Assembly: GCA_053919585.1 (NCBI GenBank) | Contig: CM132794.1 | DNA from: Euprymna scolopes | Taxonomy: Eukaryota | Reading direction: 5' to 3' (one strand) | DNA length: 64,000 nucleotides | Shown: positions 52,357 through 64,000 of the stretch, piece after piece | Layout of the letters: each line of letters starts with the position of its first letter | How positions within the stretch are numbered: position 1 is the stretch's first letter | The notes under the pieces: generated by a model | What the model saw: only the letters and a program-made list of their open reading frames with translations | Database searches by the model: none | What the model was told of the DNA's origin: nothing | Position numbers and translations under genes: made by a program

Positions 52357-53734
52357 CGCGCGCGTGTCTGTATGTATTCACATGCATACTGATGCTACAC
52401 ATGTCAAGAATTATTTTTTTTTTACTGTCAATGTGCTATCCAGGTGAGCTGATACTTTCATGTTGATTGTGAGACAGGATTACACTTGAAAGAGATTATC
52501 CAACTTTTATGCTTACAACTTTTATTAAAATGATACATTCTTGTGAAGTTGTGCATTATTATATAAAATTATTGCAACGTACATACCAAATGTTATAATA
52601 TCGCTTTGCTCATCAAAGATATATTATTACAACGGAACGTCTGATACATGAGATGTAATTATTTATTGTTTACTTTTGCAATCCAAAACTGAAAGTACGT
52701 ACACAGGAAAAATAGAAATTATGAGATCGTCGATAGATACTTCATCTTCGGGAATTGTGTATGACTTTAGTATATATTAACAGAAAATAAGTCGTCCGTT
52801 AAAATCTGGTTGTTGTAAGTGTGCTAACACACATATTTTATTGATTGTTGAAGTAATTTACAAAATAATGTTATTTATTAAAATATTACCCTACAAGAAG
52901 AAAACATTGTCTACAATTGTATTTGGACCTTTTGTCAACCCAAATTGTACGCAAGGAAACACAGAAGTGAATAGACGAATGATATATTTACACTCAAATT
53001 GATTTATTTTCTAAAAAAATCTATGACTATCACCTACGTATTACACGTAAATGGCTATACTTGGTATATTTCGTGGAATTTAAAAAAAAATATTTATTCC
53101 TATTTAATGCATTTAAATGACATGCTATTTTAGTATCATAACTTTTTTTTGTATAAAACTAGTCTTATTACTTATAAAATGTATTCCAAAGATCGAATCA
53201 TTCAAAAGTAACAGACATAAAACAGAAAACTCCCTCATTAAATACAGTATCTGCACACGTTCTTGTTGGAATGTTAATAGAAGGTGTTTACCTAGTAATT
53301 TTTACCAATAATAATCGATTTAAATAAAAAAAAATGGCTTCTTTCGCCGGCGGAAAGCAACAAGAAAGGAATTCTATTAGACTCAATTAGAAGCTCAATC
53401 ACCTTTCTCACATCTACACACTCGACAACTTATACCCAGCTTACCTTAATGTTTTGATCTCTTTGTTTTCGTTAATATTTTTCAGTACCATATAATTTCA
53501 TATAATCTATTCATCATTATCACGAGTAACTACATTTAAGAAGTTATGCGCTTATGACGTTTATATCGATAAAAAACTATTTCTAAATTTTAACCACGTT
53601 TTGAAAATTGTATATTCAAAGAAGTTTAGCTGCATATCAATAGACGTTCGGTGTATGTACTGGCTCATTTCAATTATCTTGCGTTTTTTTTTTCATATTA
53701 ACATTGATATGAATGAGTGTTAAATATTACAAAT

Positions 53735-54628
53735 TGAATGGTTGAATGAATATTATCGCAATAAAGAAAGCAACACTACATCTTTATTATAACATTCATT
53801 GAAAAATCAGTTAAAATTACTTTATTATTTATTATAGCTGGTATCTAATCAATGTAGGTTCTTTCAGCCTCAATCACTGACTAGATACTGGTCCAGAACT
53901 AGGAGCATGCCTTTTCCATAAGCGGCGGCCGGTGCTTGATGAATATTTGGCGGATGGCGGCGATCAGGCGGGTTTGATCGCGTGGGAGGTAATTTTTGTG
54001 ATGTTTTCGACGTATTATAAAACGAGGTAGTCCAGCGTGTTCAGATCGAAGGAGAGGTGCGGGTCAGTGAGAGAAGGATGCGAAATCGTAGCACTCTTTG
54101 TGAAACGATGTCTTCGTCTCTTTGGACTTGTAAGCAGCCACTGGGTCCTGCTTGCACATCCTAGGTCTGCCAGCGATTACTTAATTGCACTAGGGTCTCA
54201 CTACACTCTTCAGCACATCCAGGTACATCTTGGTGTTGACTTTCAAGCTGACTTCGAAGATATGCGGTACATAATGTGTCTCTCAATTGAAACCAAACAA
54301 AATACAATAACCGTTGCAAGAACCTATGTATTCATCACATTGGCCACGTCCATGTTAGTCGTGGCAATCAAGCGATTCTGTTTTAGTGTTCTTGTAATGC
54401 TTCTATTTTAATAACTTTGATCGCTAAAGAGCATGATTTGTACGAAGTGATTATGCTCGTTAAACATTGTGCCACTTTCAGACATGAAAGAAAGCTCCTA
54501 CCTCTCTTAGCATTCCTACACAACTTGCCAACTAGTAAATGGTCTACAACAAAAAAAAACGATCTCATCAATCCGAAAATGGAATGATGTGGTCTTTTCT
54601 AGGCATAAAATTTTATCGTTATACCCTG
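53735..54628 (-). mobile_element. maT/DD37D-type Tc1-mariner remnant, same family as 46161-47012
   Basis: Minus strand QDPVAAYKSKET...H*P....DLNTLDY gives 37 residues D-to-D after removing one frameshift; also SVIEAERTYI. The TIR-like CAGGGTATAACGATAAAATT matches the other copy. Confidence 0.82.
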
Positions 54629-55198
54629 CTGTTTATGTTTCTTTCTATGATATATTCAAGCAATTATCAAATATAATCTATAAAGAAATGCCTTTTTGTT
54701 TTACTTCTTTAGCATTGGTTTTAATAATCCTCTATGTTAATGGCATTTGCGCGTATATCAATGCGTTTTGAACATTAAAAATATGTCAAGGCCTGTCAAC
54801 CTGTTTTGGGATATAAATGCTTGTGTATGCAAAAAGCGGTCATTGAAAGAAATATGTCTATACGTTTACTTCGTCTTCTTTGAGGCGTGCAACATGTTCA
54901 AATAACGCCGTGTATATATTGGCAGCCGCAGCATGGTAGATATTGCGCATACACGACTCTGCCTTCAGTACGCGTATGTGTAAGCGTATGCTCTAGTTTC
55001 CATATTCGGAACAACACAACAGGGAGAGATAGAGATAGATTGATAGAGAGAGACAGAGAGATAGAAGCAAAGAGCGAATGAAATTCGATAAGTTCATTTA
55101 TTCTTTCGCCTGTTTGCATCAGCGTCTACCCTTCAAAATCGCTCGCAGCGTCATCTCGACGCACCGTGCAAGATGTTAACTGATCGTTGGACCGTAAA

Positions 55199-55256
55199 AT
55201 GGCGCGCGCTAAAACATTATGCTTTAAAACAACAACGACAAAGAGGACGATAGAGC
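55199..55256 (+). CDS. Candidate first coding exon (MARAKTLCFKTTTTKRTIE)
   Basis: AAAATGGCG start context in a CpG-rich patch and a GTAAGC donor; its phase 1 matches the acceptor at 55653. Confidence 0.35.
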
Positions 55257-55653
55257 GTAAGCGTCTTTTGCATGCGTTCATGAATTCGTAGAGAAGACGA
55301 CATATACAAATCGAGAACAGTCATAAATAGTACACGCTCAATAATAAGAATAACAAAATAATAATAACAACAATAATCATAATACCTAGAATGACAATAG
55401 TGATAATAAAAACATCTATAATGATAATAAGGATAATAATAATGCATATAATGGTAATACTTAATATATTGATAATAATAATAATAATAATAATAATACT
55501 GTAATAATAGTTATGATAATTAAATAAGAATCGAGTAAATGATTTGAGAAGGTGTGTAATGAAAACGGCACATTTCTATCTGTTATTGCGATAGAAAATA
55601 CAAGTAAAAACAATTGTAAGATTAAGCACATTTAGTACAAGAGCGTCTTTCAG

Positions 55654-55793
55654 ACTTTCAGACTTTGACTGTAAGATCATCAAAGTACTGGAATCTCGGA
55701 AAGTGTATTGTCAACCAAACGCAAGATAATTCTACCGTCTATAATCAGCAACACAGGATTAGTGCACCAAGCCCTGTTATAAAAAATATTGAG
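55654..55793 (+). CDS. Candidate exon 2 (FQTLTVRSSKYWNLGK...PSPVIKNIE)
   Basis: TTTCAG acceptor, open frame, GAG|GTAATT donor, in frame with the candidate first exon. Confidence 0.35.
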
Positions 55794-56687
55794 GTAATTG
55801 TTGTACCTTGGTCTTTACGGAAAAATTACCGGCTAGTTTTAAGTAGGTTATTATTTGTAATATTAACTGAGATTCATCCTGAGAAATATGAATATTTTTA
55901 CGACTACTACCGCCTTATTGAATACACATATAATTCCCTAGTTTGCACTTATCAAACGTTTACGAAATTATATATCATGGCACTGCTTTTGTCTTTGGTC
56001 CTAACATAAAGACAGACTAATTTTGTTAAATATTGGAAGTTTATTTAAAATTAATTAATGTTCATGGGCAATAGAAAGAGATGGATCTGAATAACTGCTT
56101 NNNNNNNNNNNNNNNNNNNNNNNNNNNNNNNNNNNNNNNNNNNNNNNNNNNNNNNNNNNNNNNNNNNNNNNNNNNNNNNNNNNNNNNNNNNNNNNNNNNN
56201 NNNNNNNNNNNNNNNNNNNNNNNNNNNNNNNNNAGAATTTGTGAGCGCAGAAGAATTTGTCACTGACACTGGAAGACTCTCGGCTCTCCCCGCCTTAACT
56301 CTGTTTTAATTTCCGTTATCCGTGTCCTACAAAGACATAAGCCGACATTTCTGCAATGTCCATATTTAAAATATTTAAATGTTCTTTTTTTGTGTTAAGC
56401 TATTCTTACTTTCCGACATGGAATATAAGGGATTTTTCTATTGGTAATTGATAAGTCCTTTTTACAAAAACACAATGACGTAGATCATCTGAAATGTGCC
56501 TTTGTAGCCATAATCTATTTTGTCGACGTAGCGTGGTTCAACCTGGACCCTATTATTGGTACTATAATTAATATTCATTCTTCTACAACTGCTTTCTCTA
56601 TGAATGACCATACTACTCACAATTATAATTATAAAAATAAAATGAACGATCATACTAATAATGATTAGAATTTTAATTGTCCACAAG

Positions 56688-56847
56688 ATGTCCACCTGCA
56701 TCGGCTGAAATATGCAAGATAATCCTGGACGAGAAAGTGTCTGCAATGATGGAGAAACCTGAGCACAATCCAGAACTTTACAAGAAGGGCGTAGTGTATT
56801 TGGAAAATATTGCCTCACAAATTGCTTTGAAGACTTATGATGATTAA
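56688..56847 (+). CDS. Coding-like segment CPPASAEICKIILDEKVSAMMEKPEHNPELYKKGVVYLENIASQIALKTYDD, product unknown
   Basis: Open, protein-like and GC-richer than the flanks; splice boundaries unresolved. Confidence 0.3.
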
Positions 56848-57069
56848 CAGCGATAAATATAGAGTAAGCAACTAATTCGATGTTTCTAAGTGATTTTCAA
56901 TTGTTATTATAGGGTATAGGCTACACGACATATTTCCTTGTGGTATCGAGAGATTTCCAGGAACACCACCGGTCATTATAAGTTAAGAAAATCACTTAAG
57001 AAATTGTAAACTATAGTGAGTACGACAAATGATGTAACAAGAAATATATAAAGAAATTTCCAATAAGAT

Positions 57070-57401
57070 GCAGAAAAGGAAATTAAATATCGATTAATTT
57101 TTACAAGAATCACTATATCGATATTATTATATCTGTATTTATCGCTGAACAAGAATACTGCATACATAAATGACATACAACAGAAAATTATAATAGGAAT
57201 ACGAAAGGTAATAGGGCAGAAACCTATAAATAAATGTTTTAATTAGGGGCAGAAAAAGAAATTAAAGATCGATTATCTTTTACAATAATTAGTATATCGA
57301 TACTATTAGATCTGTGTTTATTGCTGAACAATGATAGTGCATACATAAATCAAATACAACAGTAAGTTATAATAGGAATACAAGAGGTAATGCGACAGAA
57401 A
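57070..57401. repeat. Diverged tandem duplication, ~179 bp period
   Basis: GCAGAAAAxGAAATTAAAxATCGATT...TGCATACATAAAT...ATAATAGGAATAC at 57070 and 57249. Confidence 0.9.
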
Positions 57402-58061
57402 TAAAAACGTAATATTACAGCGGTATATTGAAATGTGGATAAAAAAGTATGAAGAGTTGGAAATATTCTCAGAAAGATTTTTATGAAATATTTTAAAAAC
57501 ATCATATATTTAAAAAAAAACATCTAATACATGCGATCAGATGTGATCAAGTAATATTTTTTACGATGCTTTCACTTTAATTATTTAAAATGTAATATAT
57601 ATATATATAGCAAAATAAGCAAATTTGAAAATAAAATTCTTGTCTACTCAAATAGATTAGTTTTTGCACATTTCATTGCAATCTCAGTAGAAAATATCTT
57701 AAAATATATTAAGGAAGTTGTTAATACTAGCTTTTTGCATATTTAGATATCGTCATAGACGTTNNNNNNNNNNNNNNNNNNNNNNNNNNNNNNNNNNNNN
57801 NNNNNNNNNNNNNNNNNNNNNNNNNNNNNNNNNNNNNNNNNNNNNNNNNNNNNNNNNNNNNNNNNNNNNNNNNNNNNNNNNNNNNNNNNNNNNNNNNNNN
57901 NNNNNNNNNNNNNNNNNNNATATATGAATATACGAAGATATAATTTTATGCGTAAATGTCCAGTATTTGCTTCAACAGTGCTCAAAACATAGGTATAGCT
58001 AGGTAATTACTTATAAAATATATATATGGCAATTAATCTACAGGGAATGTACCGTCTATTC

Positions 58062-58116
58062 ATAAGACTGACGAGATACCACGGGAATGAAACGCGGAAT
58101 AATCTGTGTACCGTTA
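58062..58116 (+). ncRNA. Type I hammerhead-like motif homologous to 26701-26753
   Basis: CTGACGA, stem II ATACC/GGAAT (one mismatch), GAAA, 7 bp stem III ACGCGGA/TCTGTGT and GUA; stem I is degenerate. Confidence 0.65.
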
Positions 58117-58979
58117 TTGCCGTATCTATGTNNNNNNNNNNNNNNNNNNNNNNNNNNNNNNNNNNNNNNNNNNNNNNNNNNNNNNNNNNNNNNNNNNNNN
58201 NNNNNNNNNNNNNNNNNNNNNNNNNNNNNNNNNNNNNNNNNNNNNNNNNNNNNNNNNNNNNNNNNNNNNNNNNNNNNNNTAATCATTGCTATATAAAGAC
58301 CAACATTACTAATCATGACGAATTAAATTAATAGAATCTGAAAGCCGCGCTGACCGGTTTTCCGCCCTCAATAAGGCTAACATCGAGGTTATCGTTTAAT
58401 GAAAAATGCATATCACATTTAAATGTGCATGGAAAAAGTGAGGAAAGCACTAGGAAATACATATAAAAACTACATTGAGCCTTAACATGTGTTTGTTTTT
58501 TGTTTGCAAACATAAAGGCTCAAAGACAATCATATATATTGAAATAAAATATAGCTTTTGATATACAAAGGCAGTGATTTTCGGTCTTACAGAATATTAA
58601 TAGATGTAATTTTTTTATATGTTCAATATACAAGATAAATCAAAAAAATACAATAAAAATAAATAAAAACTAATATCTTTCCTCTGAGGAGAGGAATAAG
58701 CATCAGACTTCATGGGTTAAGGAAATAGATATATCCAATTGCATTGTTTGTTTTCAAACAATAAAAACTGTGTTTGAAGATTTTTTTNNNNNNNNNNNNN
58801 NNNNNNNNNNNNNNNNNNNNNNNNNNNNNNNNNNNNNNNNNNNNNNNNNNNNNNNNNNNNNNNNNNNNNNNNNNNNNNNNNNNNNNNNNNNNNNNNNNNN
58901 NNNNNNNNNNNNNNNNTTAAATTCTATTCTATGTCTATTAGTAATTGATTGGTGCCTAGCATATGTGAATATACATTAG

Positions 58980-59072
58980 CCGTCATGTTCGTCTCCGTTC
59001 GAATTTTCACTTCACCCTATAATGGCAGCCTATTTCTACTGTACTCGCATATATTGAGATCACTTCAAGCCG
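58980..59072 (+). CDS. Candidate exon (VMFVSVRIFTSPYNGSLFLLYSHILRSLQA)
   Basis: TAG acceptor, 93 nt open in phase 1-1, G|GTAAGA donor. Confidence 0.3.
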
Positions 59073-60162
59073 GTAAGACATAATTGCATGACAATCGGGT
59101 CTACAGTTAGTCCAGTGACAACATATTTTTTAAATCTTATTTTCCTTGGTCGATTTTTTAATGCTTTCAACCCTTTAAATAATTATAACACTCATCTAAT
59201 AGCATCATTGTTGCCTCTAAAAAGCAGCATATAGTCAAATAAATATATATTTACCGGCCGGCATGTCTCATCTTTGTATAGTTTTTCACATTTACAAAGT
59301 TTAAGTCATGAGTATGTTCTGTGCGATGCTGTCCTCGTCCAAACAGATTTCTTAAATTCATTTTAATTCCATTAAAAACAGTATTTTTTTACATATTAAC
59401 GAAGAAAGTTGTGCTAGCCATTACGGAACAGATTGTCTGTTTATGTTTGGACGGAAAATGATAATCTTATGAAGAAGACTGAAAAAAGCAAAGATGAAAA
59501 TGTGGAAGAAAACGAGAAAAACGGAGCAAATGCAGTAAACAAAGAATATGAAAAAAAAGAATAAAATAGTGTGTTATGTATTATTGGTCGGTTGACATTA
59601 TCTTACTGTTTTAAACCGTTCGGAAAATTCGGACAATTGATATTCGCCTATTTCGAGAAAAGTCCGATTGTTGGAGTCATATTCATTTTTTTCGATTTGA
59701 AAATTGACAATCTAATATAATATTGCCTGTAGATTACTTGAATGCAAACGGTGAAATATTAAACATTACGGCAAATGTAGAAAGCCTACCTTTGACAAAT
59801 AGTAACATATCAAAAGAAAAGAATCATGAAAGAAAAGTTGTGCCTCCCCGGCCTTATAAAACCTTTTTTATTATGGTGTACCTAAGAAATGAAATAAGTT
59901 AGTGTAACGAATTTGAATGCAAGAATATACAGGACATAAGTTAGTGTCCAGTAATCTGATTACAATGGATTTATAAGTGGCAACTCCGTTTCCTAAGTTA
60001 CTTTTTTTCCTAGGGATATAATTTTACCCTATTTTATAGAGAGATATCGCAATTCTTTAAAAAATTATAATACAGTTGGTTCACTTTTGAATAATAAACG
60101 TCGTTTAGTCGTTTAATTTATTTAGTGATTCTATTGACTGTTCTTGTAATTTTTAATTGCAG

Positions 60163-60201
60163 GTTTCTACAACAAAACATATTTATTTTCTAAATGTGCA
60201 G
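60163..60201 (+). CDS. Candidate 39 nt exon
   Basis: Strong acceptor TTTTTAATTGCAG and CAG|GTAAAA donor; open reading frames. Confidence 0.3.
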
Positions 60202-60571
60202 GTAAAATGTTTCGTTTGTCTTACATAACATCTATCGAATCACCCAAGCAAGGAAAACATTTGAAAGTCTTATGCATTTACGTATGTAAATTCAAAGATA
60301 TTCTGACAGTTTTCACTCGTTATGTGTATATATCATTTTGCCGCGTTGGTAAGGCAAGCCCAGTGTGATACCGCTGCAACTATCATTAAGTGTACACTGT
60401 CTATCGAATTATTTTGCAAATACTGTTCGTTTTCGATAAAGCATAAACAGCAACACTAATATCCAGCTGATAAACTTGATGGATTTTACCGATTTATTTA
60501 ACTTTTCTTTTTTTTTTCATTATAGACCAGTTCTGTTTCTTTTTTTGTTTTATTTGCCTCCTTTTTATTAG

Positions 60572-60709
60572 CAACCAGGCAGAAAGACACAGTCGTGTAC
60601 GGCTGGTAACAGAGGATAGATTTGTCTGCTTAGCAATTGATGCAAACATGTTCTACAGAGTCATGAGGCATTATGGGAACGATGTTATTGTTTCCATCAT
60701 CAACCAGTA
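60572..60709 (+). CDS. Candidate exon resembling the end of a cyclic-nucleotide-binding domain
   Basis: Long polypyrimidine acceptor; NQAERHSRVRLVTEDRFVCLAIDANMFYRVMRHYGND resembles RxAxVxAxxxxxCLxIDxxxFxRxx. Confidence 0.4.
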
Positions 60710-62184
60710 AAAAAACCGTATCATTTTCTAGATAATGTTTGCCATGTTTTACAAAGAATTCAATATGAAACGACGGTTCTCCTTTCTCTGTGCNNNNNNN
60801 NNNNNNNNNNNNNNNNNNNNNNNNNNNNNNNNNNNNNNNNNNNNNNNNNNNNNNNNNNNNNNNNNNNNNNNNNNNNNNNNNNNNNNNNNNNNNNNNNNNN
60901 NNNNNNNNNNNNNNNNNNNNNNNNNNNNNNNNNNNNNNNNNNNNNNNNNNNNNNNNNNNNNNNNNNNNNNNNNNNNNNNNNNNNNNNNNNNNNNNNNNNN
61001 ATCAGTGACTTTAAAATCGATCTAGTTATAAAATCGGTCGAGCAACTTTCGAATTATAAATATAAAAATTAAATAAAAAAATTAAAATAATATATTTTTA
61101 TAATTTAGCTAATATGTGAAAATTGGTGAACCTGTTCTCACATTGGAAATCGGAAATTGCCTTCCTGTATTCATCCTATTAAAGATATTTTTTTAGGTCC
61201 ACGCTAAAGGCGTTTTATAACAGTTAATTATTTTAAATGTTTTTTTAGTCTCATTCTGATAGTCTTTTTCATTATGATTGTTATTCTTTGATCTTATTAG
61301 TATCAGTTTTTAAAAATATCATGTACATGGGCCAAAATATTTCATTACAAAAAATACAATTGGAACATATTTTTCTTTATATAACACATGCTATGATTTA
61401 CAGTAAGTGTTAATGATGATATGTCTTCATAAATTATACATTGTCTACCGTTATATATTCTTGTGGTATATAATGATAATGAAATACAATTATATCATTT
61501 AGCTTATTTATTGTTAGCTTAAAAATGTACTTTTGTGTAAATTTTATCTAACAATGAAATTTATGTCTATAATATTTTCTGTCTTTCAAATGTATATAAT
61601 AATCAAGACAATCAGGGTAAAACACTATTGTGTTTAGGATATGTTAAAGGAAGAACGGATTCCGTTATGGGGTCACAATTTTAATCACGAAGTTTTACAA
61701 TCGTGTCGCAGGTCATGTATTATACGACGTAAAATCAATATAATCCCGAAAAAATTAAATACACCTGCCCCAAAACATCATCTCTTAGACTGTCTCTACC
61801 AACTCGGTACTTCTTTCTTCCATTTAGATGATTCTATTTGGAGAAACTGTCCGTAGATCTGATAATTATGAGGTGGAAAATACGACACACATGCATGCTG
61901 CTTCGGCAGCGTCATATATTTGATTTCATGTCGATAAAATAAGCCTTTTCACATTGTCAATCATAATCCAAATTATTTCGTTTAAAGTTTCGATTTCCCA
62001 ATACAAATTTTTCGAAATGGTGTACTAATATTCAAGCATAGTTATTTCTTTTTTTATGGAAAAGGAATACCGATATAAGAAGTAAGTCAATAAATCGCAA
62101 ATATTACTAGAAATGCCCAGTGCATGTACGAGTTCGTTCTTTAAATGTATTTGGTATTTTAAATGGACAGCAAGTGTAATGTAG

Positions 62185-62316
62185 CAGAAGAAGATTGGCG
62201 TGCGTGAAAATTGCAAGAAATCGGAATCGAATGCCGAGTACGATTTCGTGATAATAATAACAGAAATCACGGAAAAATACACGAACATCAAGAAATGGAT
62301 AAGGAGAGGCGAATGC
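62185..62316 (+). CDS. Candidate exon (QKKIGVRENCKK...KKWIRRGEC)
   Basis: 132 nt open frame ending at a GTAAGA donor; the acceptor is weak. Confidence 0.22.
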
Positions 62317-62550
62317 GTAAGACATTAATTTAATAATAGTAATGTTGTTGCTTTTGCAAACGTTGCTGCTGATAACGATCATTACGGCAATGAGGACAAC
62401 GATGTTGATTATAGTGATTCTGAAGATACTTTTTTCTTAAATGTGTGCCAGGAAAGTCACTGACTGATTTCAAAAGTCTGCATTTTTATATATATATAGA
62501 GAGAGAGAGAAAAAAGAGAGAGAGAGAGACAGACAGAGAGACAGAGAGAG

Positions 62551-64000
62551 ATTCTCCGTCGATATTCGACGCATGAGATTTGACAATTAAACATATTTAT
62601 TTCGATGTAGCATGCTTACATCTACTCAATAGTAAATGACATCCGAGTCCTGCAAGAGATCTGCAAGCAAGCCCGCAACGGCGGCAAGAATGAAGATTGG
62701 ACCAATTATCGGTTCGGATACATGAAGATACGTTGGTTCTTTCACGCCTGACAAGCAGTTGGTTAATTGCAGTGAGAACTGTCTGATGCTGCCCGGCAGT
62801 CAGATCTGCATTGCTTTCGTTGAGAAACAATTTTTTAAGATCGCAGAAAAAGAACATTTGCAACTTGTACTTAAAGCTAAGTAGAGGTCTACTCAAACTC
62901 CGCTGTTGACCGGTGAGCTTGCTCTACAGCACTTGCTTTTGTTTCCGGTCGTCTTCCATAAGAAAGACATGTCTTGCCCAACGTAACTGTGATTGCATCA
63001 AAAAGCTTTCATTTCCGCCAATAGCGCAGTGCTTGTATAGGTCTTCATTAGACATCCGATAACTTAAGATCAAGCAACATATTGTTCTAAGGCAGTTTTT
63101 CTTGGGAGACATCAAACTTCTGGGTGGGATTGCGATAGACTATCGATGATTCCGATCTATAAAGCAGCGACGTTACCACAAATGCTTTATACACAAGTAC
63201 CTTCGTTCTTAAGCTATACCTGCCTAACATACCATAACCGATGGCACAGTTTCCCAACAAAACACTAGTAGCTTTCGAAATCTGATTAATGATTTCATTA
63301 TTAAGAGAAACATTCCAATGTACCTTACTACCAAGATAGGTAATTTTTTTCTTTTACGTATTTCAGATATTTCCATCAACTCGAATTTATATATCGGGAA
63401 AGCAGTGTATTGATGACCGCCGCTTTACGCTCAGAACTTGTTTTAGTGTGGGACGAGGTTGGTGAATCACTACAATTTTCTTGATGCTGATTGTCAGACA
63501 CAAACCTTGGAGAATGGAAAACCTATCTACAAGAAGTTGCACTTTCTCCTGAGAGGCTGCTAAAAGTCTTCTGGAAACAAACGTTCTCTAAGGAAAGTTC
63601 GTTGAATGAGGGGTTTAGCTTTGAAACGCTGCTGGTAAAAGAGACCACCACATGTTCTTTATTTGGATTCTACGCCTGTATGTCTATCAGCAAGCATATT
63701 TCAGCATAACTGAAAAGAACAAAGCGAACGACACAGGTGTCATTACGCAAACCGGTTTGGTAGCATGTGTCACATTGAGAGCTTCCGAAACTCTTCATTT
63801 GAAATAGCAGATGCCTTCATTCCATCGTGGAAAGATATGCTTACATTCGGACATCCCCAGTTTTCGAAACCTTCAAGAGAGCTGCACGTGTTACTGTGTT
63901 AAAGAACTATGTAAGGTCAATGAAACAATATGCATATCCTGATTCTTTTCCCTAACATTTTCAGCAACCTAGCAGAGTGAAGAGATCATATCAACAGTAC
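62551..64000 (-). mobile_element. RTE/BovB-like LINE remnant (RT domain to 3' end), running off the window
   Basis: Minus strand: TVDMI...FIDLT, RTCGGLFYQQRFKAK, LTISIKK, CLRTI...SNEDL...QLRWARHVFLMEDDRKQKQVL and C-terminal CRRCGLACRSLAGLGCH. The 3' end abuts a (TC)n tract. Confidence 0.88.

Noticed and set aside
56482-56690. Splice creating an in-frame TGA (possible selenocysteine)
   Set aside because: The splice sites are weak and no SECIS was identified; a wrong exon model is more likely.
58314-58365. Hammerhead-like ATGACGA...GAAA
   Set aside because: The core C is missing and stem II is not convincing.
63491-63709. + strand 72 aa ORF
   Set aside because: It is antisense to the RTE RT domain.

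Overview
This is AT-rich eukaryotic DNA, most likely an invertebrate animal draft assembly, with 14 N-gaps and many (TA)n, (GA)n and (AAT)n microsatellites. There is no intact long ORF, and most ORF-track entries are microsatellite or gap artefacts. The window is dominated by decayed mobile elements: at least six copies of a ~0.9 kb non-autonomous Helitron-like family plus other Helitron-like ends, one DD34E Tc1 remnant, two DD37D (maT-type) remnants, CR1/Zenon-like, RTE/BovB-like and R4/Dong-like LINE remnants, gypsy fragments, and a Penelope-like element (RT plus C-terminal GIY-YIG). The most notable structural signals are: an intact-looking type I hammerhead ribozyme in the Penelope 3' region, with a homologous copy 31 kb away and a second degenerate type; an HDV-like ribozyme motif in an RTE-related element; a ~440 bp almost spacer-less palindrome; a U2 snRNA 5' fragment next to a ~155 bp minisatellite array; and scattered candidate exons, including a possible spliced gene from 55.2 kb with a cNMP-binding-like exon. 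All family assignments come from manual translation and motif recall; no searches were run.
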